Below are positions 1 to 8,822 of a DNA stretch of 28,418 bases, piece by piece (the stretch's first letter is position 1; every line of letters begins with the position of its first letter). The DNA is from Terriglobia bacterium (GTDB taxonomy: Bacteria > Acidobacteriota > Terriglobia > Acidiferrales > UBA7541), in NCBI GenBank assembly GCA_041498955.1, contig JBGQJJ010000001.1, positions 1 through 28,418 of the forward strand, given 5' to 3'. The position numbers and the translations under genes are program-made. Below the pieces are notes generated by a model. The model saw nothing but the letters and a program-made list of their open reading frames with translations, was not told the origin of the DNA and ran no database searches.

Positions 1-42
1 GCATAGCGCGAAAAAGCAGTAGCTGGCGGCTTCGAAGAATCA

Positions 43-116
43 GTAGCACGGGCTTCAGCCTGTGGATTTTGGGTTGACTGAGATAGGAAAAGCACACAGG
101 CTGAAGCGTGTGCCAC
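43..116. repeat. REP doublet (REPIN-like), GTRG foot + hairpin with TTCA loop
   Basis: GTAGCACGGGCTTCAGCCTGTG at 43-64 and inverted copy (rc GTGGCACACGCTTCAGCCTGTG) at 95-116, just downstream of the response-regulator stop. Confidence 0.8.
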
Positions 117-126
117 TGGAGGAGCA

Positions 127-1515
127 TCAGTTTTCCAGGCCGAGCAGGCGGATTTTATTCAGCAAAGTTTTGTAGGAAACACCGAGCTGTTCGGCGGCGC
201 GCGTCTTATTCCATTTTGAAGATTTCAGCGCGGATTCGATTTTGAATCGTTCCACGTAGGACACCGCTCGCGTTCCCACTTCCTGCAACGTGCCGCCCCA
301 ATCGAACGCTTCCGCCAGCATTCCCGCGGGCATATCGCCATCGGGGGGACGCGGCGCCGGAAGCTGTAAATCCGCCGCTTCGATCGTTTCGGAGTCCGTC
401 AGGATCGCGGCGCGCTCGATGGTGTTCTGAAGCTCGCGGACGTTTCCGGGCCACGAATAGCCGCGCAACGCGGCGCGGGCGCTCGAGGCAAATTTCAGAT
501 TGGGCTTGCGAAATTCGCGGCGGAAACGCTCCAGGAAATGGTCCGCCAGCATGACAACATCATCGCCTCGTTCACTGAGGGCGGGAATCGTGATGGGGAC
601 CGCGGCGATACGGAAGTACAAATCCTCGCGAAACGTTTTGGAAGCGACGGCTTCGCGAAGATCCTTGTTCGTGGCCGCCAGAATGCGCACGTCGATGTCG
701 ACGAGTTGCGTGCCGCCGACGCGCTCGAAGCTCCGCTCCTCGAGCACGCGCAAAAGTTTGGCCTGCGTGCTGAGCGGGAGCTCGGCGATTTCATCCAGAA
801 AAATCGTGCCGCGGTTGGCCAGCTCCATTTTGCCGACCTTGCGCGAACCGGCGCCCGTATACGCGCCGCGTTCGTGGCCAAACAGCTCGTTTTCGACGAG
901 GCCCTCCGGAATCGCGGCGCAGTTCAACGCGACGAAGGCATGCTGCCGCCGGGGAGAAAGATGATGAATCGCTCGCGCAAACAATTCCTTTCCCGTGCCG
1001 CTTTGTCCCAGCAGCAAAACGGTGGAATCGGTGGCGGCCACGCGCTGCACCTGGTGCGTGGCTTCCTGCATGCTTTTGTGTTCGCCGACGATTCGCGGGA
1101 AGCCGTATCGTTCCGCGTATTCCTCGCGGAGCAGAAGATTTTCGCGCAGGAGTTCCTGCTGCTGGGAAGCGCGCTCGACCAGCAGATTCAAGTGGTCCAG
1201 GTCCACCGGCTTCTGAATAAAATCGTAGGCGCCTTCCTTCATCGCCGTCACGGCCTCTTCCACCGAGCCGTAGGCGGTGATCAGGATGACGGGAATGGTC
1301 GGGTCGGCCTGCTTGGTTTCACGGAGGACTTCGAGCCCGGAACAGCCGGGAAGCTTCAAATCCGTGAGGACGAGCATGTATCGGCGCGCGCGAACTTTGG
1401 CCACGGCGGAGGAGCCGTCCGGGGCTTCGTCGACCGTGTGCCCGGCGCGCTCCAGGGCTTTCTTGAGCATGGCGCGCAGCTCGGGTTTATCTTCGACCAG
1501 AAGCAGGGGTTCCAT
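127..1515 (-). CDS. Sigma54-dependent response regulator (receiver + AAA+ + HTH; NtrC/PilR/AtoC family)
   Basis: Receiver domain (LLLVEDK...LTDLKLPG...ITAYG...KP), Walker A GQSGTGKE, ELFGHERGAYTGA loop, Walker B FLDEI, WPGNVREL, C-terminal HTH (WNKTRAAEQLGVSYKTL). ATG at 1515 preferred to the GTG at 1533. Confidence 0.93.
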   Translation of the reverse strand: MEPLLLVEDKPELRAMLKKALERAGHTVDEAPDGSSAVAKVRARRYMLVLTDLKLPGCSGLEVLRETKQADPTIPVILITAYGSVEEAVTAMKEGAYDFIQKPVDLDHLNLLVERASQQQELLRENLLLREEYAERYGFPRIVGEHKSMQEATHQVQRVAATDSTVLLLGQSGTGKELFARAIHHLSPRRQHAFVALNCAAIPEGLVENELFGHERGAYTGAGSRKVGKMELANRGTIFLDEIAELPLSTQAKLLRVLEERSFERVGGTQLVDIDVRILAATNKDLREAVASKTFREDLYFRIAAVPITIPALSERGDDVVMLADHFLERFRREFRKPNLKFASSARAALRGYSWPGNVRELQNTIERAAILTDSETIEAADLQLPAPRPPDGDMPAGMLAEAFDWGGTLQEVGTRAVSYVERFKIESALKSSKWNKTRAAEQLGVSYKTLLNKIRLLGLEN

Positions 1516-1635
1516 CAATTTTTCTTGTATCACGATTTCCAGCCGCGAAGTGACCGGCCATGCGGCCTTGTGCGGAGTTCGCTATCGGACGAATACTAAA
1601 TGCTTGGATCGAACCGCAGCGTCGATTTCCGCGAG

Positions 1636-2310
1636 CTACGGTTGCGGAGTTGGAGCGGGCGCCGGCGCCGGTTGCGCCGCTGCAGGCTGTTCCGGAGCGG
1701 ACTCTCCCGGAGCGGGCTGTGCCGGCGGTGTGGCCCAACCCGGATCGCCGCCCGCTTGACGCAATTCGTCTTCGAGATTGGCGATGTCCGTTTTGTCTTG
1801 CTCGACTGCCGCTCTTTTATCGTCGATCTTCGTTTTCGTATCGTTCAAGTCCTGCCGGGAATATTCCTGCTTCAGGGAAGCATTCGGGTCGGCGTAAAAC
1901 TGCTGCTGCTTTAAATTGAATTCGCGTTGCGTGATGTCGAGTTCGTGCTCATCGTCGGCGAGTTTCTTGTTTGCCGCGGCGAATTTGTCCCGCCAGTAGG
2001 CTTGATCCTTGACCGGCGCTTTCTCTCCCGGCACTGCGGTCTTGGGCGTTTTGTCGCCTTCGGCCTTATTGGTTTGGTCCTCGGATGGGGCCGGCTGCTG
2101 GCCCACGACGCTGACGGTGCCGGTCAGGGTGCCAAGATTGTCGTTATCGATCGTCATCTTGGCTTTCGTGCCCGGTTTTTTCTCTGCCTGGGCTTTGCGA
2201 GCCGCATCGGCAACGCTCACCTGATCCTGGTCCTGCCGGGCCGCGAGATTGGCTGTTGGGGCTAGGATCACGCATCCCAGGGCCAGTGTGATAAGTCTGT
2301 TTGTATTCAT
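1636..2310 (-). CDS. Secreted coiled-coil hypothetical protein
   Basis: 224 aa ORF co-oriented between kinase and regulator; Sec-type N-terminus (MNTNRLITLALGCVILAPTANLAA), charged helical middle, Pro/Ala/Gln-rich tail. Confidence 0.8.
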   Translation of the reverse strand: MNTNRLITLALGCVILAPTANLAARQDQDQVSVADAARKAQAEKKPGTKAKMTIDNDNLGTLTGTVSVVGQQPAPSEDQTNKAEGDKTPKTAVPGEKAPVKDQAYWRDKFAAANKKLADDEHELDITQREFNLKQQQFYADPNASLKQEYSRQDLNDTKTKIDDKRAAVEQDKTDIANLEDELRQAGGDPGWATPPAQPAPGESAPEQPAAAQPAPAPAPTPQP

Positions 2311-2361
2311 TGTAATTGCCCGCCTTTCGGTGGAGAAACGGCGGATCTGAGCACCACTAGT

Positions 2362-3735
2362 TTAGATGCGCGCGGCGGCCGAATCAATCGCTCTGACGGA
2401 GTCGCGTACAAAGGGTAACCATACGATGAATTCGGCGCCGCCCAGGGGCTGGTTGCGCGCCTCGATGGATCCCCCATGCTGGACTATGATTTTTTGCACG
2501 ACGGCCAGCCCGAGGCCGGTTCCATTGGTTTTCGTGGTGTAAAAGGGCATGAAAATCTTGGTCAAGGCTTCGGCGGGAATGCCGGGCCCGTTATCCGTAA
2601 TGGATATTCGTTGTCCTTGCAGGGGGCCGGATTTGTCGATCTCGCCGCGAATGATCACGCGCCCGCCGGCGGGATTGTCGGTTGCGGCTTCCGCGGCGTT
2701 GCGCGCCAGATTGAGAATCGCCTGCCGCAGCAGGGCATCATCGCCTGAGACATCGCCGAACTCACCCATGGTCACGAAGGGAACACCCGGCACGGCCTCG
2801 CCAATTTCCGCCACGATGCGCTCGATCATAGGACTGATTGAAACTTGTTCGTCGGCGAGGTCCAGCGGGCGCGCAAACTTCAGGAATTCCGTGACCACGT
2901 GGGTCAACGACCGCGTTTGACGGAGGATGAGTTCGCCGTGCTCGTGCAAATCGGTGCCGGGTTGCGCCTCGCTCCGGATCATTTGGGCGTAACCGGAAAT
3001 CGTCGCGAGGGCGTTTTTAAATTCGTGCGCGATGCCCGCGGAGAGCTCGCCCAGCGCGGCCAGATTTTCCTTCATGTGAATCTGCTTTTGCAGCGCGGCG
3101 AGTTCGGTCAGATCGCTCAAAAGGCAAATCGCGCCGGTGATTTCATTGGCGTTGTTCTGGATCGGAGAAATGGTCACGCCGAGCTGCCGCAATTCGTGCG
3201 ACGGTGTCAGGTATTCGACTTCCTCGCGGCGAAACGTGCGGCCGTGTTCCAGGCACCCGGCTACGAGCTCGGTGAGGCGCGATCCGGCCCCCAGGACTTC
3301 GTTGCACCGGCGATAGGCGAGGGATTTCACGCCGAGGGCGGCTTCCGCCGCGGGATTCGCGCTGGTGATCAGGCCGGCGGAATTCACCAGCAGCAAGCCC
3401 GCGGGCATGTTGCGCGTGACGGCTTCGCTCATGCGCTCGGTCTGTTGCGCGCGTTCGCGTTCGGCGCGGTGCAGGGCTTCGAGTTCTTTTTCCTGCTCCT
3501 TGAGCTTCTTGATGACGGCTTGCATGGAAGCCGTCATGAACGCCGCGGGGTTGTCGCTGCGCGGCGTCTCGGCGCCAGATCCACCCGGGGATTGTGATCC
3601 GCCGTGGAAATAACGCCGCGCCATGACGAGCGCAACGATCGCCGCGACCAACAGAACGATCAGCAGGACTCCCGAGAGAACCCACAGCGTGTTGACCGTG
3701 GGAGCCGCAGCCGCAATTAGAAATTCAAATTTCAA
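2362..3735 (-). CDS. PAS-domain sensor histidine kinase
   Basis: One N-terminal TM helix, coiled coil, PAS (MPAGLLLVNSAGLITSANPAA), H-box AGIAHEFKNAL, N-box NLARNA, G1 DNGPGI, F/G2 FMPFYTTKTNGTGLGL; TTG start 3 nt after the pilD stop. Confidence 0.92.
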   Translation of the reverse strand: MKFEFLIAAAAPTVNTLWVLSGVLLIVLLVAAIVALVMARRYFHGGSQSPGGSGAETPRSDNPAAFMTASMQAVIKKLKEQEKELEALHRAERERAQQTERMSEAVTRNMPAGLLLVNSAGLITSANPAAEAALGVKSLAYRRCNEVLGAGSRLTELVAGCLEHGRTFRREEVEYLTPSHELRQLGVTISPIQNNANEITGAICLLSDLTELAALQKQIHMKENLAALGELSAGIAHEFKNALATISGYAQMIRSEAQPGTDLHEHGELILRQTRSLTHVVTEFLKFARPLDLADEQVSISPMIERIVAEIGEAVPGVPFVTMGEFGDVSGDDALLRQAILNLARNAAEAATDNPAGGRVIIRGEIDKSGPLQGQRISITDNGPGIPAEALTKIFMPFYTTKTNGTGLGLAVVQKIIVQHGGSIEARNQPLGGAEFIVWLPFVRDSVRAIDSAAARI

Positions 3736-3738
3736 AGG

Positions 3739-4647
3739 TCACTTCACCGCCAGAAGCGATTGGTACCACAGCAATGCGGGAGTCCCGAAAAACACAGTCG
3801 CCAGTCCGCCCATCCCGAGATACGTTCCGAAGGGAAGCTGGTAGCGCCTCGCAAGAGCGAAGCGAAGTTTATTTACTGTTCCCATTCCTCGCCTTGCCGC
3901 GCGGATGGCGACCTCCTTTTTGTATCCAAACAAATATAAAAAGACGATGTTCACAATTCCTATCACGCTTCCGATCAGTGAACCAACCAAAATAGTCAGG
4001 AAGGTTCTCTTTGTCCCTAAAAACGCTCCGATCATTGCCATCATCTTTACATCGCCGAAGCCCATCCCTTCTCGCCGGAACAGCCGGAACCATCCTTCGG
4101 CAACCGCCCACAGAATTCCGCCGCCGACCAGAACTCCAAGAACGGAATCTACGAACGAAAGCACGATCTGCGGAGGAGGAAAGTCAAACCAACGGTTTGC
4201 AAGCCAGGAAGCCGTTCCATCAATTGGGGTGCTAAAAAAACTGAAAAGCAATCCCGCACCAAGCCCAAAGAAGTTGACTTCGTCGGGAAGAATGCGCTCG
4301 CGAAGGTCGGTAATGGCCAGCACGACGAGCAGCGCCGCGAAGACGGCCCACTTCAGAGCATCCACGGTCAGGCCAAAAATAAAATAGCAGGCCAGGAACA
4401 GGAGCCCGGTGAGCAATTCGACGGCCGGATACATCGCCGAGATCTTCGTCTTGCAGTTGCGACATTTGCCGCCAAGGAAGACCCAGCTCAGGACGGGAAT
4501 ATTGTCGTAAGGCGCGATCGCCTTTCCGCACTTCGTGCAACTCGAGGAGGGAAGCACGATGGACTTGTCCGCGGGAATCCGCAGAATGCAGACATTCAGA
4601 AAACTTCCGATGACCAGGCCAAGTAAAAACGCGCCAAGAGGGATCAC
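3739..4647 (-). CDS. pilD: Type IV prepilin peptidase/N-methyltransferase (A24)
   Basis: GSFLNVCILRIP, two CxxC (CTKC, CRNC), ITDL and MGFGDVKM aspartate motifs, LPFGTYL, multiple TMs. Start placed at GTG 4647; start uncertain. Confidence 0.9.
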   Translation of the reverse strand: MIPLGAFLLGLVIGSFLNVCILRIPADKSIVLPSSSCTKCGKAIAPYDNIPVLSWVFLGGKCRNCKTKISAMYPAVELLTGLLFLACYFIFGLTVDALKWAVFAALLVVLAITDLRERILPDEVNFFGLGAGLLFSFFSTPIDGTASWLANRWFDFPPPQIVLSFVDSVLGVLVGGGILWAVAEGWFRLFRREGMGFGDVKMMAMIGAFLGTKRTFLTILVGSLIGSVIGIVNIVFLYLFGYKKEVAIRAARRGMGTVNKLRFALARRYQLPFGTYLGMGGLATVFFGTPALLWYQSLLAVK

Positions 4648-4718
4648 CCCACGACTCTGCCACACCTGCACCGCGCCGACAACGCTTGCCGCAAGCAGCA
4701 GGAAGCAATCAGGTAACA

Positions 4719-4820
4719 GTGGGACAGCCACTCTTGGCTGTCCTTTTCTTTCTTCTAATTGCCCTGTTCCATCTCTCCCGGGAGGGCCACAGAGAGGACA
4801 GCCAAGAGTGGCTGTCCCAC
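4719..4820. repeat. REP doublet, GTGG foot, stem GGACAGCCA/TGGCTGTCC, CTCT loop
   Basis: GTGGGACAGCCACTCTTGGCTGTCC at 4719-4743 and exact inverted copy at 4796-4820; same class at 21278-21352. Confidence 0.9.
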
Positions 4821-4879
4821 AATGACGCAGCTCGTTTGACACCCTTTCCGCGCGTCCCTATATTCAAGATTCGTGATTT

Positions 4880-5917
4880 ATGTCCTGGCTGGAACAAAAA
4901 ATACGCCGCTACGAGCACGCCCGGTGGACCACCGATGACAATCGGCGGGTCTATCCCTTTGAATGGGGCCTCGAGCATATCGGGGGCAGGGCCGACGAGC
5001 CCGACCCGCGCGCATTTCTAAATGCTTGGGTTGAGGAAACGCTCGCGCACAGCGACGAATGGTTTGCCACAACTCCCGCCGATGATTACTCGCTGCATCC
5101 TCCGCAGAACGGCGCTTCGGGAGGGCAGGTGCTCACGTTTACCAGCCAGATTGCGTCTCCGTGGGCGAACAACAATCTCGTGCACGCGCGCTTTTTCCGC
5201 GCTAGGGCAACCGGGCCAGCGGTTGTGCTGCTGCCCAATTGGAACGCCAAGTGGCATGGCCAGGTCAACCTCTGCCGCTGGCTGACGAAGCTCGGCATCA
5301 GCGTCTTGCGCCTCTCGATGCCGTACCACGATTACCGCGTCGCGCCGGGACATGAACGGGCCGATCAACTGGTTGGCTCGAACGTGGGACTGACGATTCA
5401 GGCCACGCGCCAGGCGGTCACGGACACGCGCCGGTGCCTCCTGTGGCTCGGGCAGCAAGGATACGGGCGGCTGGGCCTGGTCGGGACGAGCATCGGCTCG
5501 GCGATCGGGTCGATCACCATGGCGCACGACCAGACCGCGCGCGCAGGCGCGTTTCTGCATGTATCCACCTACTTCGCCGATGTCGTTCGAACGGGGATGA
5601 CGACGATGCACGTGTGGGAGGGTCTCCGGACAAAGGTGACCGAGGACGAATTGCGCCATTATTGGGCGCCTATCAGTCCCGTCCCTTATTTGGACAGGCT
5701 TCGAAATACCGGACAGCGCATGCTGATGATCAGCGGACGGTACGATCCGACGTTCTGGTATGAGTTTACCGAGGAAATGTTTCAGACCATGCGGCAAAAA
5801 GGAGTTCAGCTCGAAACGCTGACGCTGCCGTGCGGGCACTATTCCCTGGAGCTTGCGCCCTTCGCGTTTTCGGCGGGATTGCGGCTGGGGCTTTTTTTAT
5901 TTGAGGCGCTTGCATGA
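4880..5917 (+). CDS. Alpha/beta-hydrolase family protein
   Basis: Nucleophile elbow LVGTSIGS, candidate Asp (GRYDP) and His (CGHYS) in canonical order; substrate unknown. Confidence 0.8.
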   Translation: MSWLEQKIRRYEHARWTTDDNRRVYPFEWGLEHIGGRADEPDPRAFLNAWVEETLAHSDEWFATTPADDYSLHPPQNGASGGQVLTFTSQIASPWANNNLVHARFFRARATGPAVVLLPNWNAKWHGQVNLCRWLTKLGISVLRLSMPYHDYRVAPGHERADQLVGSNVGLTIQATRQAVTDTRRCLLWLGQQGYGRLGLVGTSIGSAIGSITMAHDQTARAGAFLHVSTYFADVVRTGMTTMHVWEGLRTKVTEDELRHYWAPISPVPYLDRLRNTGQRMLMISGRYDPTFWYEFTEEMFQTMRQKGVQLETLTLPCGHYSLELAPFAFSAGLRLGLFLFEALA

Positions 5918-5985
5918 CCCCGGGAACGCCAATCTCCCGATTGGCGCGGCGCAAGCCGCCAATCGGGAGATTGGCGTTCCCGGGG
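5918..5985. repeat. REP doublet, class CC(C/T)GGGAACGCCAATCTCCCGATTGGCG
   Basis: 29-bp perfect inverted arms 5918-5946 and 5957-5985, each with an internal 8-bp hairpin; 10-nt spacer containing GCAA; between convergent genes; same class at 11952 and 17255. Confidence 0.9.
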
Positions 5986-6002
5986 GATTTCAAATCGTAA
6001 TT

Positions 6003-6024
6003 GCCGGCGGGACGCCGGCGCTAC
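6003..6024 (-). repeat. Single GTAG-foot REP
   Basis: rc reads GTAG-C-GCCGGCG-TCC-CGCCGGC; lies 2 nt beyond the thioesterase stop. Confidence 0.7.
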
Positions 6025-6026
6025 CG

Positions 6027-6467
6027 TCAATCTTCCGCTGAGACCGAGGGCGATTCCGCTTTTTCAAAATCGAAATAGCGGCGATACTTTTCCGGCAACG
6101 GCTTGGGGCGGCCGTTGCTGTCGCAGACGACGTGGATCGATTCGCCGGTGGCCAGCAACTCTTCAGTTTCATTGTGGCGAATCTCGTAGCCGAAGGTAAT
6201 CGTGCGGCGCCTGGCCGAGGTCACGCGCGTGCGAATGCGCAGCGGATCGTCGTAGCGGGCGGGGCGGCGGTAGCGGCATTTGGCTTCGGCGACGACGGTG
6301 AAACTGTCATCGTCGAGTTCCATGCGCCGGTAATCGAGTCCGCGCTGGCGCAGATATTCGACGCGCCCAATCTCAAAATAAATGAAGTAGTTTGCGTAAT
6401 AGACGATGCCCATCTTGTCCGTCTCGGCGTAGCGGACGCGCACCACGGTGTCGATGAATTCGCTCAT
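6027..6467 (-). CDS. Acyl-CoA thioesterase, 4HBT/YbgC hotdog family
   Basis: RVRYAETDKMGIVYYANYFIYFEIGR signature; ATG at 6467 (ORF track over-extends upstream). Confidence 0.9.
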   Translation of the reverse strand: MSEFIDTVVRVRYAETDKMGIVYYANYFIYFEIGRVEYLRQRGLDYRRMELDDDSFTVVAEAKCRYRRPARYDDPLRIRTRVTSARRRTITFGYEIRHNETEELLATGESIHVVCDSNGRPKPLPEKYRRYFDFEKAESPSVSAED

Positions 6468-6522
6468 CGGGAGGGAAATTGTAGCAGAAGGGAAGCGCGG
6501 CGCGCTCGGGCGCGGAAACCAT

Positions 6523-7305
6523 TCATTTGCCGCTCCAGCGAGGCGCGCGCTTTTCGAGGAAAGAGGCGAGGCCCTCGTGAAAATCCTGCGTGGTCCGGAT
6601 ATGCGCGCTCTCCGATTTGGCCAATTCGAGTTCGCGATCGATTTCCGGCTTGGCAAAATCGCAAAGCAGCTTCTTGGTCATGTGCAGGCTGACGGGGCTG
6701 CACTGGAGCAAACTTGCCGCCAGGATTTGCGCCGCAATCATCAATTCCTTCGCAGGCACGATTTGCGTAACGAGCCCCAGGCGATGCGCTTCGGCTGCGT
6801 CGATGGTCCTGCCCGTGAGGAGCAGTTCCCGCGCGCGCTTTTCACCGATTTGGCGTACGAGAAAAATCGATACCACGGCCGGCAGAAAACCGATGCGAAC
6901 CTCCGGGTATCCAAATATTGCCTCGGGCACGGACACCGTGAAGTCGCACAGCGTGGCGATGCCGCACCCGCCGGCAATGGCGTGCCCATTTACGGCGGCG
7001 ATGGTCGGCTTCGGGAAACTCCAGATGCGCAGGAAAAGACGGGCCAGGCGGTCCGCGTCTTCGCGTTGTTCGGCGAGGGATTGCGTGGCGAGCGCCTTCA
7101 AGGCTTCCAGATCCATGCCGGAGCAGAATGCTTTGCCTGCACCGGTCAGGAGCAAGACGCGCGCGGGGCTCGCTTCGACCTCCCCAAGAGCGGAGAGAAT
7201 TTCCTCGATCATTTCCGGGGAAATGGCGTTGCGTTTCTCCGGGCGGCTGAGCGTAATCATGGCGATTTCGCCGGTGAGTTCGAGATGGAGCGTGCGGTAT
7301 GTCAT
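6523..7305 (-). CDS. Enoyl-CoA hydratase/isomerase, probable methylglutaconyl-CoA hydratase (LiuC-like)
   Basis: ITLSRPEKRNA, FCSGMDL, AAVNGHAIAGGCG, YPEVRIG; Gly at the first catalytic-Glu position; directly downstream of HMG-CoA lyase. Confidence 0.85.
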   Translation of the reverse strand: MTYRTLHLELTGEIAMITLSRPEKRNAISPEMIEEILSALGEVEASPARVLLLTGAGKAFCSGMDLEALKALATQSLAEQREDADRLARLFLRIWSFPKPTIAAVNGHAIAGGCGIATLCDFTVSVPEAIFGYPEVRIGFLPAVVSIFLVRQIGEKRARELLLTGRTIDAAEAHRLGLVTQIVPAKELMIAAQILAASLLQCSPVSLHMTKKLLCDFAKPEIDRELELAKSESAHIRTTQDFHEGLASFLEKRAPRWSGK

Positions 7306-7325
7306 CTTGGCGTTGAGCCGTTCAT

Positions 7326-7390
7326 GTAGCGCTCGCCTTCAGGCGAGCATGTGCTCGAATGTACGATGCCCGCCTGAAGGCGGGCTCTAC
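7326..7390. repeat. REP doublet, GTAG foot, TTCA loop
   Basis: GTAG-C-GCTCGCC-TTCA-GGCGAGC at 7326-7348; inverted GTAG-A-GCCCGCC-TTCA-GGCGGGC at 7368-7390. Confidence 0.85.
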
Positions 7391-7400
7391 AAAAGCCTCT

Positions 7401-8297
7401 TCACTGCGCTTGCGCCGCGTGCGAATATTTGGCGCGAATTTCCTCGGTCATCGCGAGGACTGGTCCCAGCGCTTCGGGGGAAACTCCCGCGTCCGCGCCG
7501 CGTGAGGCGAGCGCCTGGAGAATCGTTTCCGTGGCGATGTTGCCTACCAACTCGTCGCCCGCGAAGGGACAACCGCCGAGTCCTGTGAGCGCTCCATCGA
7601 ATCGACGGCAACCGGCATCGTAGGCGGCGAGAACTTTTTCCGCCGCGCCCTCGGCCCGGCTGTGCAGATGAACGCCCAACTCGAGGCCCGCTACGCAATT
7701 TTTAACGGTGTTATACAGCGCGCCCACGTATTCGGGAGGAGTGGTTCCGACCGTATCGGCGAGCGATACAATTCGCACTCCAATGTCCTTGAGCCAGACC
7801 AGCGCGTCTTCGACAATTTCGGCGCCCCAGGGTTCCTCGTACGGATTGCCGAACGCCATCGAAATGTAGACTACCAACCCGTGTCCGGATGCTTTCGTGG
7901 CCTTTCGCAATTTCTCCACGAGGGCGCGCGACTCTCCCCGGCTCATATTCGCATTCGCCCGGCGAAAATAGGCGGATATGGAATAGGGATATCCAATCGC
8001 CGTAACGCCAGGAGTGGCAAGCGCGCGTTCCATGCCTCTTTCATTCACGACGATTCCGATGATTTCGGGCTGCGTCACCCCTGCGGGAAGGCCAGCAAGA
8101 AATCCTTTCATCACGTCTTCACTGTCGGACATTTGCTTTACATGTTGAGGCGAAACGAAGCTGACGGCGTCAATATGTCTGAAGCCCGCGGCAACCAATT
8201 TCAACAGGTAATCAATTTTCACATGCGCGGGAATAATTTCCGGCAATCCCTGCCAGGCATCCCTCGGGCATTCGACAATCTTTACGGTTTCAATCAA
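7401..8297 (-). CDS. hmgL: Hydroxymethylglutaryl-CoA lyase
   Basis: ECPRDAWQG, SLADTVG, metal-binding HLH, catalytic-Cys motif GLGGCPFA. TTG at 8297 with AGGA 6 nt upstream preferred; the GTG at 8324 lies inside a repeat arm. Confidence 0.88.
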   Translation of the reverse strand: MIETVKIVECPRDAWQGLPEIIPAHVKIDYLLKLVAAGFRHIDAVSFVSPQHVKQMSDSEDVMKGFLAGLPAGVTQPEIIGIVVNERGMERALATPGVTAIGYPYSISAYFRRANANMSRGESRALVEKLRKATKASGHGLVVYISMAFGNPYEEPWGAEIVEDALVWLKDIGVRIVSLADTVGTTPPEYVGALYNTVKNCVAGLELGVHLHSRAEGAAEKVLAAYDAGCRRFDGALTGLGGCPFAGDELVGNIATETILQALASRGADAGVSPEALGPVLAMTEEIRAKYSHAAQAQ

Positions 8298-8310
8298 CGG
8301 AGGTCCTATA

Positions 8311-8345
8311 AGTTGAAAGTCCACAGTTTAGAGTTGAGAGTTAAG
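8311..8345. repeat. Left arm: five AGTNNNN heptamers
   Basis: AGTTGAA AGTCCAC AGTTTAG AGTTGAG AGTTAAG. Confidence 0.85.
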
Positions 8346-8384
8346 AACAAAATATCCTTCGCCATGCAATAGTTGACGATTTCC

Positions 8385-8744
8385 TCACTGAGCTTTACTG
8401 ACTTTGGCCCGCAGGGCATGGAGCATCTTTGCTATTTCATCAGCCTCGGTGAGTAAAGGCTTCGTAATAGTCGCCGGCAAGTATCCCAAATCCCGGCTTA
8501 CCATGAGTAAATATTCAGTTTCCGCCAGAGAGCCCTCGGCAATATTCAGAAAACGAGCGTACTCCGCGTTGGTCAGCCGTTTTGAACCCTCCGCAATATT
8601 CGTTGGCACCGACAACGTGGACCGCCGAATCTGTGATGTGAGCCCGTATCGCTCTTCTGGCGGGAATGTCTTCGTCAGCCGATACACTTGCAGCACGAGC
8701 GCATGACCCCTTTGCCAAACCTTCAACTCCGTGAACCTTTGCAC
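8385..8744 (-). CDS. Four-helix-bundle protein (23S rRNA IVS protein / bAvd-like family)
   Basis: FTELKVWQ...FPPEERYGLTSQIRRS..SVPTNIAEG...FLNIAEGSLAETEYLL...DLGY family pattern; GTG start with GAGGT RBS. Confidence 0.93.
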   Translation of the reverse strand: MQRFTELKVWQRGHALVLQVYRLTKTFPPEERYGLTSQIRRSTLSVPTNIAEGSKRLTNAEYARFLNIAEGSLAETEYLLMVSRDLGYLPATITKPLLTEADEIAKMLHALRAKVSKAQ

Positions 8745-8779
8745 AGCTACCTCAGTGGCCCGGCGGCTCGGAGTTTCTG

Positions 8780-8821
8780 ACTTTTGACTCTCAACTCTAA
8801 ACTGTCGACTCTCAACTCGAA
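8780..8821. repeat. Right arm: six ACTNNNN heptamers (inverted relative to the left arm)
   Basis: ACTTTTG ACTCTCA ACTCTAA ACTGTCG ACTCTCA ACTCGAA. Confidence 0.85.
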
Positions 8822-8822
8822 C

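Larger units (their letters stand above)
8309..8821. mobile_element. Putative insertion cassette: four-helix-bundle gene between inverted heptamer-periodic arms
   Basis: Inverted repeat 8311-8341 / 8787-8817 (29/31 identical); CCTA direct repeat at 8305-8308 and 8822-8825; passenger gene more AT-rich than its neighbours; mobility is inferred. Confidence 0.6.

Noticed and set aside
538-1599. Long antisense/alternate-frame ORFs (also 2845-3597, 6448-7329, 9687-10829, 13703-14875, 16068-17006, 26033-27139, 27721-28158)
   Set aside because: They shadow well-supported genes, have no recognisable motifs, and are expected in high-GC DNA.
4648-4842. Long N-terminal extension of the prepilin peptidase in the ORF track
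   Set aside because: The extension is read-through of the REP doublet (translating as GTATLGCP / GQPRVAVP); family similarity begins near GTG 4647.
8298-8324. GTG start at 8324 for HMG-CoA lyase
   Set aside because: It lies within the heptamer arm; TTG at 8297 has an RBS and matches where the family normally begins.
8385-8744. Diversity-generating retroelement, suggested by the Avd-like gene
   Set aside because: No reverse transcriptase in the window and no TR/VR pair with adenine-specific mismatches was seen; the TPR paralogs are broadly diverged.
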